This document shows, piece by piece, positions 54,147 through 64,000 of a DNA stretch of 64,000 bases. The DNA comes from Vicingaceae bacterium. GTDB lineage: Bacteria > Bacteroidota > Bacteroidia > Flavobacteriales_E > Vicingaceae. Position 1 is the stretch's first letter. Every line of letters begins with the position of its first letter. The stretch lies in assembly GCA_026003395.1 (NCBI GenBank), contig BPHE01000009.1:5528-69527 (forward strand). The letters run 5' to 3'. A program made the translations under genes and the position numbers. A model generated the notes under the pieces. It worked only from the letters and a program-made list of their open reading frames with translations, was not told the origin of the DNA and searched no databases.

Positions 54147-55684
54147 AGCGTTATATAGTTTTTTTAATCATATTTCGGATAACAGTCATAGAAAAAAGTT
54201 TCTCACAAACAATAGTATATCCTGTTCCTGTCAACTTTATTCATCAATTGCCTATTGAACAGATCCTAAATGATTCGGGATATTTTACAGCTTCTAAACC
54301 TTTGATGGCCGTTTATGACAAAAACACACATCTTCCCATGTATTCATATAGATTTAAAGAAAGTGATACAAACCGGACAAGATGGTTGAATAAATTCACA
54401 AAAGAAGATTTATTGAAGTTAGATTCATCCGGTTATTATTTATCGTTAAATCCGATGATGGATTTTACAGCAGGAATTGATAATAAATTCAATACATATT
54501 ATTACAATACGAGGGGGATTCAAATTAAGGGTTATGTCAATAAAGTGTCGTTGTATGCCATTTATACCGAAAATCAGGCGGGATTGCCGTTATACCAGCA
54601 TAACTACGTAAAAAATGGAGAGATAGTGTTAATTAATAATGATAGCAGTTATTCAAGGCAGACGGGTTATGGGATGGTACAAGGCAAAGGAAGGTCAAAG
54701 CCTTTTAAAAACAAAGACAGAGATTTTGGTTATTTTCAAGGTCAGTGGGTCTATTCCATCAGTTCGGAGTTAAGGGTAGGTATGGGGTACGACAAATTAT
54801 TTTTTGGACAAGGATACAGGAGTATATTGTGGAGTGATTTTGCTTCGCCGTTTCCTTATGCTTTCTTGCAGTACAACAAAAGAAAAAAATGGCAATATGA
54901 ATTTTATGCCGGACAATTATTGGAAGGTGTAAGGAATAAAAGTTTATTTACAACGGCAGAATCCTATTTTTTTAAAAAAACTTTTTACATATATCATTTT
55001 CAATGGCATGTCGGCAAGAATCTGACTCTTTCGTATTTTGAAAAAAATTTTTGGATGCCCAGTTATTTTGGTTCGAACAATTGGATGCCCGAGGATTATA
55101 TACCAGTTCCTTTTTATCAAATTTTCCGCAAGAATGCTTTTCAAAGAAATATTTACACATCATCGGGAGCCGGTCTGAGTTATTATTTGCCGTCAATGAA
55201 AACAATAATTTTTGGCCAAGGGCTTCATTCATTCCAATATGCCGGTAATTACGCTTGGCAGGCCGGTATCAAAAAATTTGGCAATATATGGTCAATCTGG
55301 GCAGAATATAACCATGCGTACCAAAGTTATTATCACGAGCATCATTTGAACGAAAATATCGTGCATCCGTTTGGCCCTATATTTAAAGAGGTTGTTCTTG
55401 GGACTTTGGTCAACTACCGCAGATGGATGTGTTCAATAGAGTATATCTCAGGAGAATTTCCTTACACAAACAGGCTATACCTTTATGAATTATCGGGATA
55501 TTCGACGAATCAAAATCTGAGAAAAGTTATGTCATGGCGTGGAAGATCCGCATTTATAGTCAATCCTGCATATCAATGGCATTTGTTTATTGAGATTTTA
55601 TCAAGGAAAGCAGGCAATACAAAAGAAAATTACCTAATGTTTGGCATAAATACTAATTTAGTGGTCAAAAATCATTTATATTGA
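54143..55684 (+). CDS. Putative outer-membrane protein, Wzi/RemB-like
   Basis: Signal peptide, aromatic-rich; [18 protein letters not shown] and HPFG motifs shared with 56738-58291. Confidence 0.55.
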   Translation: MKRYIVFLIIFRITVIEKSFSQTIVYPVPVNFIHQLPIEQILNDSGYFTASKPLMAVYDKNTHLPMYSYRFKESDTNRTRWLNKFTKEDLLKLDSSGYYLSLNPMMDFTAGIDNKFNTYYYNTRGIQIKGYVNKVSLYAIYTENQAGLPLYQHNYVKNGEIVLINNDSSYSRQTGYGMVQGKGRSKPFKNKDRDFGYFQGQWVYSISSELRVGMGYDKLFFGQGYRSILWSDFASPFPYAFLQYNKRKKWQYEFYAGQLLEGVRNKSLFTTAESYFFKKTFYIYHFQWHVGKNLTLSYFEKNFWMPSYFGSNNWMPEDYIPVPFYQIFRKNAFQRNIYTSSGAGLSYYLPSMKTIIFGQGLHSFQYAGNYAWQAGIKKFGNIWSIWAEYNHAYQSYYHEHHLNENIVHPFGPIFKEVVLGTLVNYRRWMCSIEYISGEFPYTNRLYLYELSGYSTNQNLRKVMSWRGRSAFIVNPAYQWHLFIEILSRKAGNTKENYLMFGINTNLVVKNHLY

Positions 55685-55685
55685 A

Positions 55686-56741
55686 ATGGTCTGGGGAGAA
55701 GCCATATTATCGCTATTGACTGCTTTTTTAATAGCACTGGTAAGTTATCCGGTTTATATCAAAGTGGCTATATACAAACGATTATTTGATGTACCGGACA
55801 AAGAACGGAAAATTCATGAGAAACATATTCCTTCCATGGGAGGCATAATCATGTTTGCCGCAACACTTATTTCATTCTTTTTTTGGTATCCAATTAATGA
55901 TATTCATATAACAAGGTTTTTGGTACCATCGATAATAATATTGGTTTTCATCGGTATAAAAGACGATATCATCGGCACATCGGCTGTATATAAATTATCG
56001 GCGCAAATTTTTGTGGCATTGTTGATGACCTTAGCGGCGGATGTCAGAATAACCGGTTTTCACGGATTGTTCGGTATAAGGGAAATTCCGGAGTATTTGT
56101 CGGTATTATTCACGGTATTTACGTTTATAGTTATCATCAATTCGTTTAATTTGATTGACGGTATTGATGGACTTGCGGGAGGAATTGGATTCAACACCGC
56201 ATTTTGGATGGGTGTTTGGTTTGTCTTGGCCGGAAACAACCTGATGAGTGTATTGGCTTTTGCATTGTCCGGTTCCTTATTGGCATTTTTAATTTTCAAT
56301 ATGCAGCCTGCGAAAGTTTTTATGGGAGATACAGGATCATTGTTTATTGGTTTGTTGATGGCTGTGTTATCTATAGTTTTGATTGAATATGACAAAGATC
56401 TGCTTCCCCATTATATGAAAACATTATCCAAGCCATTGTTGGGTATGGCTATGTTGAGCTATCCTTTATTTGATACATTGAGAGTTTTTTTTATCAGGAT
56501 CATGAAAGGCAGGTCTCCATTTTTGCCGGACCGCAATCATATTCACCACTTATGGATTGATCTTGGGAAATCGCACAAGCAAGCCACATTTATTTTAGTT
56601 TTTTCGAATATTTTTATAGTAATGGTGACAGTATTGGCTACGTATTTTCTTGAAAGTTTACCGGCATTTTTATTGTCATTTGGCACTACTTTCCTGGTTT
56701 ATTTGTGGCCATGGTTTTTAAAAGAAAAGTCAAAGAAATGA
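55686..56741 (+). CDS. Undecaprenyl-phosphate GlcNAc-1-P transferase (WecA/MraY family)
   Basis: RKIH..IPSMGG, GIKDD, NSFNLIDGIDGLA, VFMGDTGS, DRNHIHH. Confidence 0.92.
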   Translation: MVWGEAILSLLTAFLIALVSYPVYIKVAIYKRLFDVPDKERKIHEKHIPSMGGIIMFAATLISFFFWYPINDIHITRFLVPSIIILVFIGIKDDIIGTSAVYKLSAQIFVALLMTLAADVRITGFHGLFGIREIPEYLSVLFTVFTFIVIINSFNLIDGIDGLAGGIGFNTAFWMGVWFVLAGNNLMSVLAFALSGSLLAFLIFNMQPAKVFMGDTGSLFIGLLMAVLSIVLIEYDKDLLPHYMKTLSKPLLGMAMLSYPLFDTLRVFFIRIMKGRSPFLPDRNHIHHLWIDLGKSHKQATFILVFSNIFIVMVTVLATYFLESLPAFLLSFGTTFLVYLWPWFLKEKSKK

Positions 56742-58291
56742 CCATTGCGGGCAAATTGAAATATTTGATTTTTATTTTTTTGATGTCTTCATCAATTTTA
56801 CATGCACAAACGGCCTGGTTATCTCATCCCGTCAAGTTCCTGGCAGTAGAAAAGCAATTGCTCGAGAATAATTATTTTCCGTTGTCATTTCCATTCTTAA
56901 CGCCTCAAGACACTATCATTCAATCGAATTATTTCAAAAAGAATTCAAACTTTTACCTGTTGCCTTTGATCAATAGCTTTGCCGTATTGGGATCAAACAT
57001 GCAATATGCCGACACTTACAACGAATATAATGGAATGTATGTCGAACCCGGCTTGGGAATGTTTTATCGGTATAAGAGACATACATTCACAGCATCCATT
57101 CAAGGCAGTTTTTTTTTACCGACAGATTCACTTCCGGCAGCATACGGAAATTATGCCCCGGTGCCGGGATTTTCCAAAGGTTATGATATAAATGGACGGA
57201 TAGGCGCGTCGAATTATGGAGAGTTTGTTTGGAAATATCATTCTAAAAAATATTTTTCTTTCTCGGCAGGAATAGGGAAATATCAGATAGGAAACGGGTT
57301 ACGTTCATTGTTGCTTTCGCAAGAATCGACATCTTATCCTTTTTTGGCGGCAAATGTAAACTTGGGAAAATTGTCCTATACGCACGTGCTTTGTTTTTGG
57401 AATGATTTCATTGTGCTAAATGACCTAAATGGAAATAATTATACAGTATTTGCATCCAAACCCGGGGTTTTTCATTATTTAACCTACAGACCTTTTCGTT
57501 GGTGGGAGTTTGGTTTGTTTGAGTCGGTGATTTGGCAAGGACAAAACGGTAGGATGCACCGAGGTGTTGAATGGGCCTATCTCAATCCGGTGATATTTAT
57601 TCGGCCTGTTGAGTTTTCGATGGGGTCGGCAGATAATGTATTGGCCGGTTTTCAAAATTTATTCAGGGGCAAAAAATGGATTTTTTATCAGCAATTGATG
57701 TTGGATGAGTTTTTGTTGGAGGAGATCAGAAAACAACAGGGATGGTGGGGAAATAAATTTGCTTTTCAAACAGGATTTACGTTATATGATATTTTAGGTT
57801 TGAAAAATATATTTTTGAAAGGTGAATTGAATGTAATCAGACCATTTACGTATACACATGAGACAAAAAATGCCAACAATTTGGGAATACAAAACTACAG
57901 TCATAACCGGCTGCCATTGGCTCATCCATTTGGTGCAAATTTGATGGAGTATATTTTATGGGCCGGTTGGGATAACCAACAATGGCATGTTTCAGCCACA
58001 TATTCATTTATGCGGCAAGGCAGGGATTCTGTAAATACCAATTTAGGCAGCAATATTTTTTTATCATACTCTACCAGAACCAGAAATTATGCCAATAGAT
58101 TTTTACAGGGACTGCCTTATATTCATCGTTCAATAGGGATAAATATTCAATACAAAATGGGTTTGAACCATGCATTTTTTATTCAGGTAAAAAGTATGTC
58201 TGAAGAATATGGAAGACAAAAAAATGTAAGCTTACTATTGAAAGCGGGAATTCAGACATATTTTAACCGGCAAGGTTTGAAAAAAATTTGA
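56738..58291 (+). CDS. Putative outer-membrane protein, RemB/Wzi-like
   Basis: IGNGLRSLLLS, GLFESVIW, YLNPVIFIRPVEF, LMLDEF, RPFTYTH, LAHPFGAN; start at 56738 (ATGA overlap). Confidence 0.65.
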   Translation: MTIAGKLKYLIFIFLMSSSILHAQTAWLSHPVKFLAVEKQLLENNYFPLSFPFLTPQDTIIQSNYFKKNSNFYLLPLINSFAVLGSNMQYADTYNEYNGMYVEPGLGMFYRYKRHTFTASIQGSFFLPTDSLPAAYGNYAPVPGFSKGYDINGRIGASNYGEFVWKYHSKKYFSFSAGIGKYQIGNGLRSLLLSQESTSYPFLAANVNLGKLSYTHVLCFWNDFIVLNDLNGNNYTVFASKPGVFHYLTYRPFRWWEFGLFESVIWQGQNGRMHRGVEWAYLNPVIFIRPVEFSMGSADNVLAGFQNLFRGKKWIFYQQLMLDEFLLEEIRKQQGWWGNKFAFQTGFTLYDILGLKNIFLKGELNVIRPFTYTHETKNANNLGIQNYSHNRLPLAHPFGANLMEYILWAGWDNQQWHVSATYSFMRQGRDSVNTNLGSNIFLSYSTRTRNYANRFLQGLPYIHRSIGINIQYKMGLNHAFFIQVKSMSEEYGRQKNVSLLLKAGIQTYFNRQGLKKI

Positions 58292-58332
58292 ATTTTCTGG
58301 AGTTTTTTTCCTAAAATTGCCCTGTCAAATTT

Positions 58333-59229
58333 ATGAAGACAGTTACCTATCATATCCAAAGGACCGTTGCAGACAAGTTAGTAGATTATTTGGAATTGTC
58401 AAAAGTCAGGTTGAATATATTGGTGGTTTTCTCTTCTGTGTTGGGTTATTTAATTGGATATAACGAAAGCCAAAACTCTTTTTTTGAATTGTTTTTTTTG
58501 ACCGTTGGAGGATTTTTGGTTACAGCATCGGCCAATACCTTCAATCAAATACTGGAAAAGGATTTCGATGCATTGATGCAAAGGACACAAAACCGTCCTT
58601 TACCGGCAGGACGTGTTTCTATACAAGAAGCATTGATATTTGGGGCAATAACATTAATTTTCGGACTTGTAATGTTGGGGGCAGGAATTCATCCACTTGC
58701 CGCTATTTTGGCATTTTTATCCTTTTTTATTTATGTGTTTGTATACACGCCAATGAAAAGAATTTCCATAGTGTCTGTCGTTATTGGCGCATTCCCGGGA
58801 GCTATCCCGCCATTGTTGGGGTGGGTTGCCGCAACAAAAAGTTTTGGACTTGAAGGGGGCTTATTGTTTGCCTTGCAATTTGCCTGGCAGTTCCCACATT
58901 TTTGGTTAATTGCCCGAAAGGGACAAGAAGATTATTTGAAGGCGGGATACAAAATAGTGCCATGGGATGGAAAAAAAGACCAATTGTTTAAATACTTATT
59001 GGCCGGTTCTGTATGGATAATGTTGCCGGTTTCTTTTCTATCATATTACTATCAATTAAATGGCAAAATGTATTTATGGGCAGCCGTGCTTTTGGGAATA
59101 ATCATTTGGTTGACGTCTGTTTTATATCTCAAAGATGAAAAAAAGTATTTTAGAAATTTGATAATATATACACTTTTATATTTGCCATTGATACAGCTTT
59201 TTTATTGGTTTGACAAAATTTGGATTTAA
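58333..59229 (+). CDS. cyoE: Protoheme IX farnesyltransferase (heme O synthase)
   Basis: DALMQRTQNRPLPAGR, YTPMKR, GAIPPLLGW, WQFPHF. Confidence 0.95.
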   Translation: MKTVTYHIQRTVADKLVDYLELSKVRLNILVVFSSVLGYLIGYNESQNSFFELFFLTVGGFLVTASANTFNQILEKDFDALMQRTQNRPLPAGRVSIQEALIFGAITLIFGLVMLGAGIHPLAAILAFLSFFIYVFVYTPMKRISIVSVVIGAFPGAIPPLLGWVAATKSFGLEGGLLFALQFAWQFPHFWLIARKGQEDYLKAGYKIVPWDGKKDQLFKYLLAGSVWIMLPVSFLSYYYQLNGKMYLWAAVLLGIIIWLTSVLYLKDEKKYFRNLIIYTLLYLPLIQLFYWFDKIWI

Positions 59230-59825
59230 TGAATGCAAGCATGGGATATTCAATGGAAGACGATATAAAGCAGCAGCAGGAGAGAAGTGCTCTTCCTATG
59301 TTGTGGATAGGAATTGTGAGCATTGTGATGTTATTTGCCGGCTTTACCAGTGCTGCTATTGTCAGCCATATGTCCGGGTCTTGGATTCATATAAAGCTCC
59401 CATGGTATTTCATTGCCAGTACTGCCATCATTGTTGCTTCGAGTTTTACCTATCATTATGCCTTCAAATTAATGCAGCGCAAAGAATTGGCTTTTTCGGT
59501 CAGATGGATAATTTTGTCATTGATATTAGGCGCAGGGTTTGGAATTTTCCAATACTTAGGTTGGAAAGAACTGGTTAAACAAGGGGTATATTTCACCGGG
59601 CCGACAGCCAATCCGGCCGGATCGTATTTTTATGTCATTACTTTTGTCCATTTCCTGCATTATATTGGAGGAATCATCAGTATGTTGGTAGTTTACTTCC
59701 GTGCAAAATCGGGCAAATATTTAGAAAAATCAACCGGATTTAAAATAAGTTTAATTTATTGGCATTTTTTAGATGTCCTTTGGTTATATTTGTACGCTTT
59801 TTTATATTATTTAATAAACAATTGA
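59220..59825 (+). CDS. Cytochrome c oxidase subunit III-like protein (first part)
   Basis: MLFAGFTSA, YFYVITFVHFLH, YWHFLDVLW; true start probably 59229 or 59241. Confidence 0.88.
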   Translation: MDLMNASMGYSMEDDIKQQQERSALPMLWIGIVSIVMLFAGFTSAAIVSHMSGSWIHIKLPWYFIASTAIIVASSFTYHYAFKLMQRKELAFSVRWIILSLILGAGFGIFQYLGWKELVKQGVYFTGPTANPAGSYFYVITFVHFLHYIGGIISMLVVYFRAKSGKYLEKSTGFKISLIYWHFLDVLWLYLYAFLYYLINN

Positions 59826-59826
59826 T

Positions 59827-60690
59827 ATGGGAGCAAATACAACAGCAGTAGATGCTAAAACAGCATGGGGTGGAGGAAGAGCCCCTTTCGGCATCAGTTA
59901 CGGAAAAATGATGATGTGGTTTTTTTTGATTTCTGATGCTTTGACATTCGGAGGATTTCTTGCTTCTTACGGTCTAACCAGACATCACTTCCAAGACATT
60001 TGGCCCAGTGCCGAAAATGTTTTCACGCATTTCCCGTTTTTGGAAGGCGATCATCCCCTTTTGTATGTGGCTTTTATGACCTTTATTTTGATTATGAGTT
60101 CGGTGACTATGGTGTTGGCTGTGGAAGCCGGTCACAGAATGAGCAGACGGGAAGTGTTGATTTGGCTTGGCTTAACTATTCTTGGAGGTTTAATTTTCGT
60201 CGGTTCTCAGGCCTGGGAATGGTATCACTTTATTCATGGTACTGAGCTTGGTGCCGTTGAATTAGGTAAAGGATATTTGACATTGCCATCCGGACAGGTG
60301 GTGGAAACTAAAGGGATTATTGCCAGGTGGGCTTCTGAAGCCAAAGATACATTGTTGTTGCCATGGAAAGATGATGCCGGCAATTATATTGCCTTGACAG
60401 GTCAAGAAATGCAAAAAGTATTGGCAGGAGCAAAAGAAATTTTTGGAGCAAATTTGATACATAATGAATACGGAGTGCCTGCTTTTGGCGACTTTTTCTT
60501 CTTTATAACCGGGTTCCACGGTACACACGTTTTCAGTGGTGTTGTATTGAATTTTGTTATCTTTATCAATGTAATTAAAGGCACATACGAAAAAAGAGGT
60601 CATTACGAAATGGTCGAAAAGGTCGGTTTATATTGGCACTTTGTAGACCTTGTCTGGGTTTTTGTTTTTACGTTCTTTTATCTTGTTTAA
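59827..60690 (+). CDS. Cytochrome c oxidase subunit III
   Basis: MMWFFLISDALTF, TGFHGTHV, GLYWHFVDLVW. Confidence 0.92.
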   Translation: MGANTTAVDAKTAWGGGRAPFGISYGKMMMWFFLISDALTFGGFLASYGLTRHHFQDIWPSAENVFTHFPFLEGDHPLLYVAFMTFILIMSSVTMVLAVEAGHRMSRREVLIWLGLTILGGLIFVGSQAWEWYHFIHGTELGAVELGKGYLTLPSGQVVETKGIIARWASEAKDTLLLPWKDDAGNYIALTGQEMQKVLAGAKEIFGANLIHNEYGVPAFGDFFFFITGFHGTHVFSGVVLNFVIFINVIKGTYEKRGHYEMVEKVGLYWHFVDLVWVFVFTFFYLV

Positions 60691-60708
60691 TTTTAAAAAT
60701 TTATTGAT

Positions 60709-61092
60709 ATGTCACATCATGAACATCATCAAGGGCATGCACACGAACCGTATGAGTTTGCGGTGCATCATTCAGAAGAAGAAGGAAAAAAAATCAGAAG
60801 AACACTTTGGAATGTGTTCTGGATATTATTGATAGTTACCACTATTGAGGTCTTATTGGGTATTTTCTGGAAAAGTTGGGGATTCTCATGGCCTATTGTG
60901 AAAAATACGTTTATTTTCATGACCATTTTAAAGGCCTACTATATAGTTGCATACTTCATGCACTTAAAAGATGAAGCCCGTAGCTTCATTTATGTGATTG
61001 TCATGCCATACATCTTGTTTATTATTTATTTGTCATACATCTTGATATACGAAGGTTATTCTTTACATTTTCTAGATTTATGGTTTAAATAA
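60709..61092 (+). CDS. Cytochrome c oxidase subunit IV family protein, His-rich N-terminus
   Basis: KAYYIVAYFMHLKDE motif; three TM segments. Confidence 0.88.
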   Translation: MSHHEHHQGHAHEPYEFAVHHSEEEGKKIRRTLWNVFWILLIVTTIEVLLGIFWKSWGFSWPIVKNTFIFMTILKAYYIVAYFMHLKDEARSFIYVIVMPYILFIIYLSYILIYEGYSLHFLDLWFK

Positions 61093-61773
61093 ATGGAAGT
61101 ATCAAAATCAAAGATTTGGAAGGCAGCAATTGTATTGATCATACTCTTGTTGCCTTCTTTATTTTACTTGTTTTTATTCAGCGGTAAACATTTGCATCAA
61201 TCGTTGCCATATTTTGGTCCCAAAAAACTTGTTGAGAAGGAAGGGAAATTCGATACGGTCTATTTTACAATTCCTTCTTTCCGGCTTTTGGATCAAGACA
61301 GCACCCCATTTACAAGAGATTCTATGCATGGGTATATTTATGTAGTTGACTTCTTCTTTGCAACTTGTCCCACCATTTGCCCCAAAATGGCTACACATAT
61401 GCACAATCTTCAAGAAAAATTTAAAGATTATCCGCAAGTGAAATTTTTGTCAATTACCGTGAATCCCGAACACGACACTCCCACCGTTTTAAATGACTAT
61501 GCAAAAAAGGTACATGCCGGACCAAATTGGAAATTTCTCACCGGTGAAAAAGATTCGATATACAATCTGGCATTTACGGGATTTTTTGTAAGTGCTATGA
61601 AAGACACATTGGCTCCCGGTGGATTTCTCCATTCCCCTTATTTGATATTACTGGATAAAGAAGCACATATAAGAGGTTATTTTGACGGAACATCCACCAC
61701 CGAAACCAAAAAACTTGAAGATGCCTTGAAAATACTTCTCTACGACGATTTTAAAGCCAAGAAAAAGAAATGA
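61093..61773 (+). CDS. SCO family copper chaperone
   Basis: DFFFATCPTICP (CxxxC), VNPEHD, FLHS. Confidence 0.93.
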   Translation: MEVSKSKIWKAAIVLIILLLPSLFYLFLFSGKHLHQSLPYFGPKKLVEKEGKFDTVYFTIPSFRLLDQDSTPFTRDSMHGYIYVVDFFFATCPTICPKMATHMHNLQEKFKDYPQVKFLSITVNPEHDTPTVLNDYAKKVHAGPNWKFLTGEKDSIYNLAFTGFFVSAMKDTLAPGGFLHSPYLILLDKEAHIRGYFDGTSTTETKKLEDALKILLYDDFKAKKKK

Positions 61774-62288
61774 CAGTTTTTACAAATAAAAAATTCATAT
61801 GGACTGTCACAATAATTTTACCTTTAGCCGTGGCAGCATTAAAATATATACCAAAGTTTGAAGGTCCTTCATGGACAAGTTCGATGCCCTTGTTTTCAGC
61901 AATTATCAATTCAATAACGGCAATAGTTCTAGTTTGGTCGGTGGTCAACGTAAAAAAAGGGAACATAGAAAAACACCGTAAAGGTATGATAACTGCTTTG
62001 ATATTGTCCACACTGTTTTTGTTAAATTATGTATTTTATCACATTACCAACGAAGATACACCTTATCCCGAAGAAGCGCCTTTGCGTTATGTTTATTATT
62101 TTATTTTAATTACACATATTTTTTTGTCGGGTATAATTGTGCCTATGGTTTTATTTACTCTTAGACATGCATTAATGAATAATATTGAACAACACCGCAG
62201 GTTGGCAAAAATTACTTTTCCATTATGGTTGTATGTTGCTGTTACAGGAGTTTTGGTTTATGTTTTTATGGCTCCTTACTATCACTAA
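61770..62288 (+). CDS. DUF420 family membrane protein
   Basis: FLLNYVFYH, YYFILITHI, HRRLAKITFPLWLYVAVTG. Confidence 0.88.
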   Translation: MTVFTNKKFIWTVTIILPLAVAALKYIPKFEGPSWTSSMPLFSAIINSITAIVLVWSVVNVKKGNIEKHRKGMITALILSTLFLLNYVFYHITNEDTPYPEEAPLRYVYYFILITHIFLSGIIVPMVLFTLRHALMNNIEQHRRLAKITFPLWLYVAVTGVLVYVFMAPYYH

Positions 62289-62348
62289 CAAAAAATGACT
62301 ACAATTTCAATGATTTAAATGCATAAATTTGCATAAAAATTTTTCGCG

Positions 62349-62573
62349 ATGAAAAAAGCAGGCATTTTCATATTTTTTATCTTTTTGAATATTGTATCTT
62401 TTGCGCAATGTGCCATGTGTCGTGCATCTGTGGAGAGTTCACAACAAGCCGGCGAAACATGGGCGAATGGCTTCAACAGTGGAATTCTATATCTTATGGC
62501 TGTGCCTTATGTGGCTTTTGCCGTGATTGCCTGGTTGTATTATAAAAATTATTATTCGAAAAATAAAAATTAG
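62349..62573 (+). CDS. Small exported/membrane protein with CxxC
   Basis: Signal peptide SFA-Q, CAMCRA, C-terminal TM NSGILYLMAVPY; own TAAATTTG -7 element near 62324. Confidence 0.8.
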   Translation: MKKAGIFIFFIFLNIVSFAQCAMCRASVESSQQAGETWANGFNSGILYLMAVPYVAFAVIAWLYYKNYYSKNKN

Positions 62574-62693
62574 AGTCAATTTATTATGCAAAAGAGAAAA
62601 AAATGTGAGGAGAGCCATGATTAATGGTAAGATAATTTTATGAATTTGCTTGTAAACCCGCTAAGGAGAAATCATAGTTAAAGATAAATAATG

Positions 62694-62723
62694 CCCTTCG
62701 GTGAAAAATCCGGAGGGTTTTTT
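62694..62723 (+). terminator. Intrinsic terminator just upstream of metH
   Basis: CCCTTCGG-tgaaaaat-CCGGAGGG followed by TTTTTT. Confidence 0.8.
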
Positions 62724-62741
62724 ATAGAAAATAAAACAAAA

Positions 62742-64000
62742 ATGAAAACATCTATAAAAGATGAAATAGAAAAACGAATACTGGTGCTTGATGGAGCCAT
62801 GGGCACAATGATACAGCGTTTTAAACTTGAAGAAGCCGATTATCGGGGTGAAGAATTTAAAAATTGGCCGGTAGATTTAAAAGGCAACAATGATTTATTG
62901 ACATTGACACGCCCGGATGTGATAGCATCTATACATCGGTCCTATATGGAAGCAGGAGCAGACATCATAGAGACCAACACATTCAATGCTCAAAAAATTT
63001 CGCTGGCCGATTATGCAATGGAAGCATTGGCTTATAGAATCAATTTTGAAGCTGCAAAATTGGCAAAAGAAACAGCCGGACAATTTATGAAGGAAAATCC
63101 GGAAAGAAATGTCTGGGTGGCAGGTTCGATTGGTCCCACAAACAAAACGCTGTCATTGTCGCCCGACGTAAATAATCCGGGGTTTCGTGCATTGGATTGG
63201 GACACTCTTCTTGACGCTTATATGGAACAGGTACAGGGTTTGGTGGACGGAGGAGTGGATTTGCTGATTGTTGAAACTGTTTTCGATACGCTCAATGCCA
63301 AATGTGCCTTAATGGCCATTAGACGTGTCTTTCAGCAAAAAACAGTCGAGTTGCCGGTGATTGTCTCCGGAACCATTACCGATGCCAGCGGCCGTACATT
63401 GAGCGGCCAAACATTAGAAGCATTTTTAATATCTGTGTCACATTTTCCTTTGTTTGCCATAGGTTTAAATTGTGCATTAGGAGCCCGTCAATTACGCCCG
63501 TTTATAGAAGAATTGAGTCAGAAAGCACCATTTTATGTGAGCGCATATCCCAATGCCGGATTGCCCAACCATTTTGGAGAATATGACGAAACACCTGAAG
63601 AGACAGCGGAGTATATCAAAGATTTTCTTCAATCCGGATGCGTCAACATAGTAGGAGGTTGTTGTGGAACGACACCGGAACACATACGTCTTATAGCAGA
63701 CGCAGCCAAAGGAGCAACACCACGGAAGATTCCTGAATTGCCGAAGTATCTTCAGCTGAGTGGGCTGGAATCATTCACACTCAGACCGGATAGTAATTTC
63801 ATGAACATCGGCGAAAGAACCAACATTACAGGGAGTAAAAAGTTTGCAAGATTGGTGAAAGAAAACAATTGGCAAGAAGCGTTGGATATTGCCCGTGAAC
63901 AAGTGGAAAATGGAGCACAAGCCATAGATATTTGCATGGACGAAGCCATGGTTGATGGACAACAAGCCATGAAAACCTTTTTAAGGTTGATTGCATCCGA
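62742..64000 (+). CDS. metH: Cobalamin-dependent methionine synthase, 5' part (runs off the window)
   Basis: Hand translation [25 protein letters not shown]..., [21 protein letters not shown], then pterin-binding domain [13 protein letters not shown]. Confidence 0.96.
   Translation, partial: MKTSIKDEIEKRILVLDGAMGTMIQRFKLEEADYRGEEFKNWPVDLKGNNDLLTLTRPDVIASIHRSYMEAGADIIETNTFNAQKISLADYAMEALAYRINFEAAKLAKETAGQFMKENPERNVWVAGSIGPTNKTLSLSPDVNNPGFRALDWDTLLDAYMEQVQGLVDGGVDLLIVETVFDTLNAKCALMAIRRVFQQKTVELPVIVSGTITDASGRTLSGQTLEAFLISVSHFPLFAIGLNCALGARQLRPFIEELSQKAPFYVSAYPNAGLPNHFGEYDETPEETAEYIKDFLQSGCVNIVGGCCGTTPEHIRLIADAAKGATPRKIPELPKYLQLSGLESFTLRPDSNFMNIGERTNITGSKKFARLVKENNWQEALDIAREQVENGAQAIDICMDEAMVDGQQAMKTFLRLIAS

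Noticed and set aside
58333..62288. Oxidase cluster lacking subunits I and II, with two subunit III genes
   Set aside because: A split subunit III and separately located subunit I/II genes are ordinary in Bacteroidota.
62586..62681. Short ORFs (MQKRKKCEESHD, MINGKIIL, MNLLVNPLRRNHS) as metH leader peptides
   Set aside because: None is Met- or Cys-rich as expected of an amino-acid attenuation leader.
437..63970. Many short antisense or overlapping ORFs in the six-frame track (for example 35868-36497, 51376-51954, 43461-43919)
   Set aside because: They are shadow frames of well-supported genes with no independent motifs.

Overview
This is a 64-kb, AT-rich chromosomal window from a Bacteroidota organism, supported by TAnnTTTG -7 promoters, gldD, T9SS C-terminal domains and the ileS-dksA-lspA gene order. 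It is mostly housekeeping genes (rlmN, cobB, paaG-like, pepO, aspS, ileS, kbl, uvrC, mdh, fcl, wecA-like, cytochrome c oxidase accessory genes, 5' part of metH), plus envelope, TonB and T9SS genes. I saw no tRNA, rRNA, CRISPR array or transposase. Top candidates: (1) an ECF sigma factor coupled to an apparent anti-sigma factor with one TM helix, a long disordered linker, Ig/PKD domains and a T9SS type-B sorting domain, followed by two collagen-like surface proteins with an ECF-like promoter; (2) a hidden C-terminal SPPP motif in the ORF directly upstream of a heme-type TonB receptor, a possible ribosome-arrest leader; (3) a 5,011-bp tandem duplication whose copies differ by clustered synonymous SNPs; (4) a terminator about 20 nt before metH with no recognisable riboswitch aptamer; (5) an IleRS2 with the non-canonical GIHH motif. 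Several single-base indels, mostly insertions in homopolymers, split genes and look like long-read consensus errors. All product calls come from motif recognition by eye; no database searches were run.
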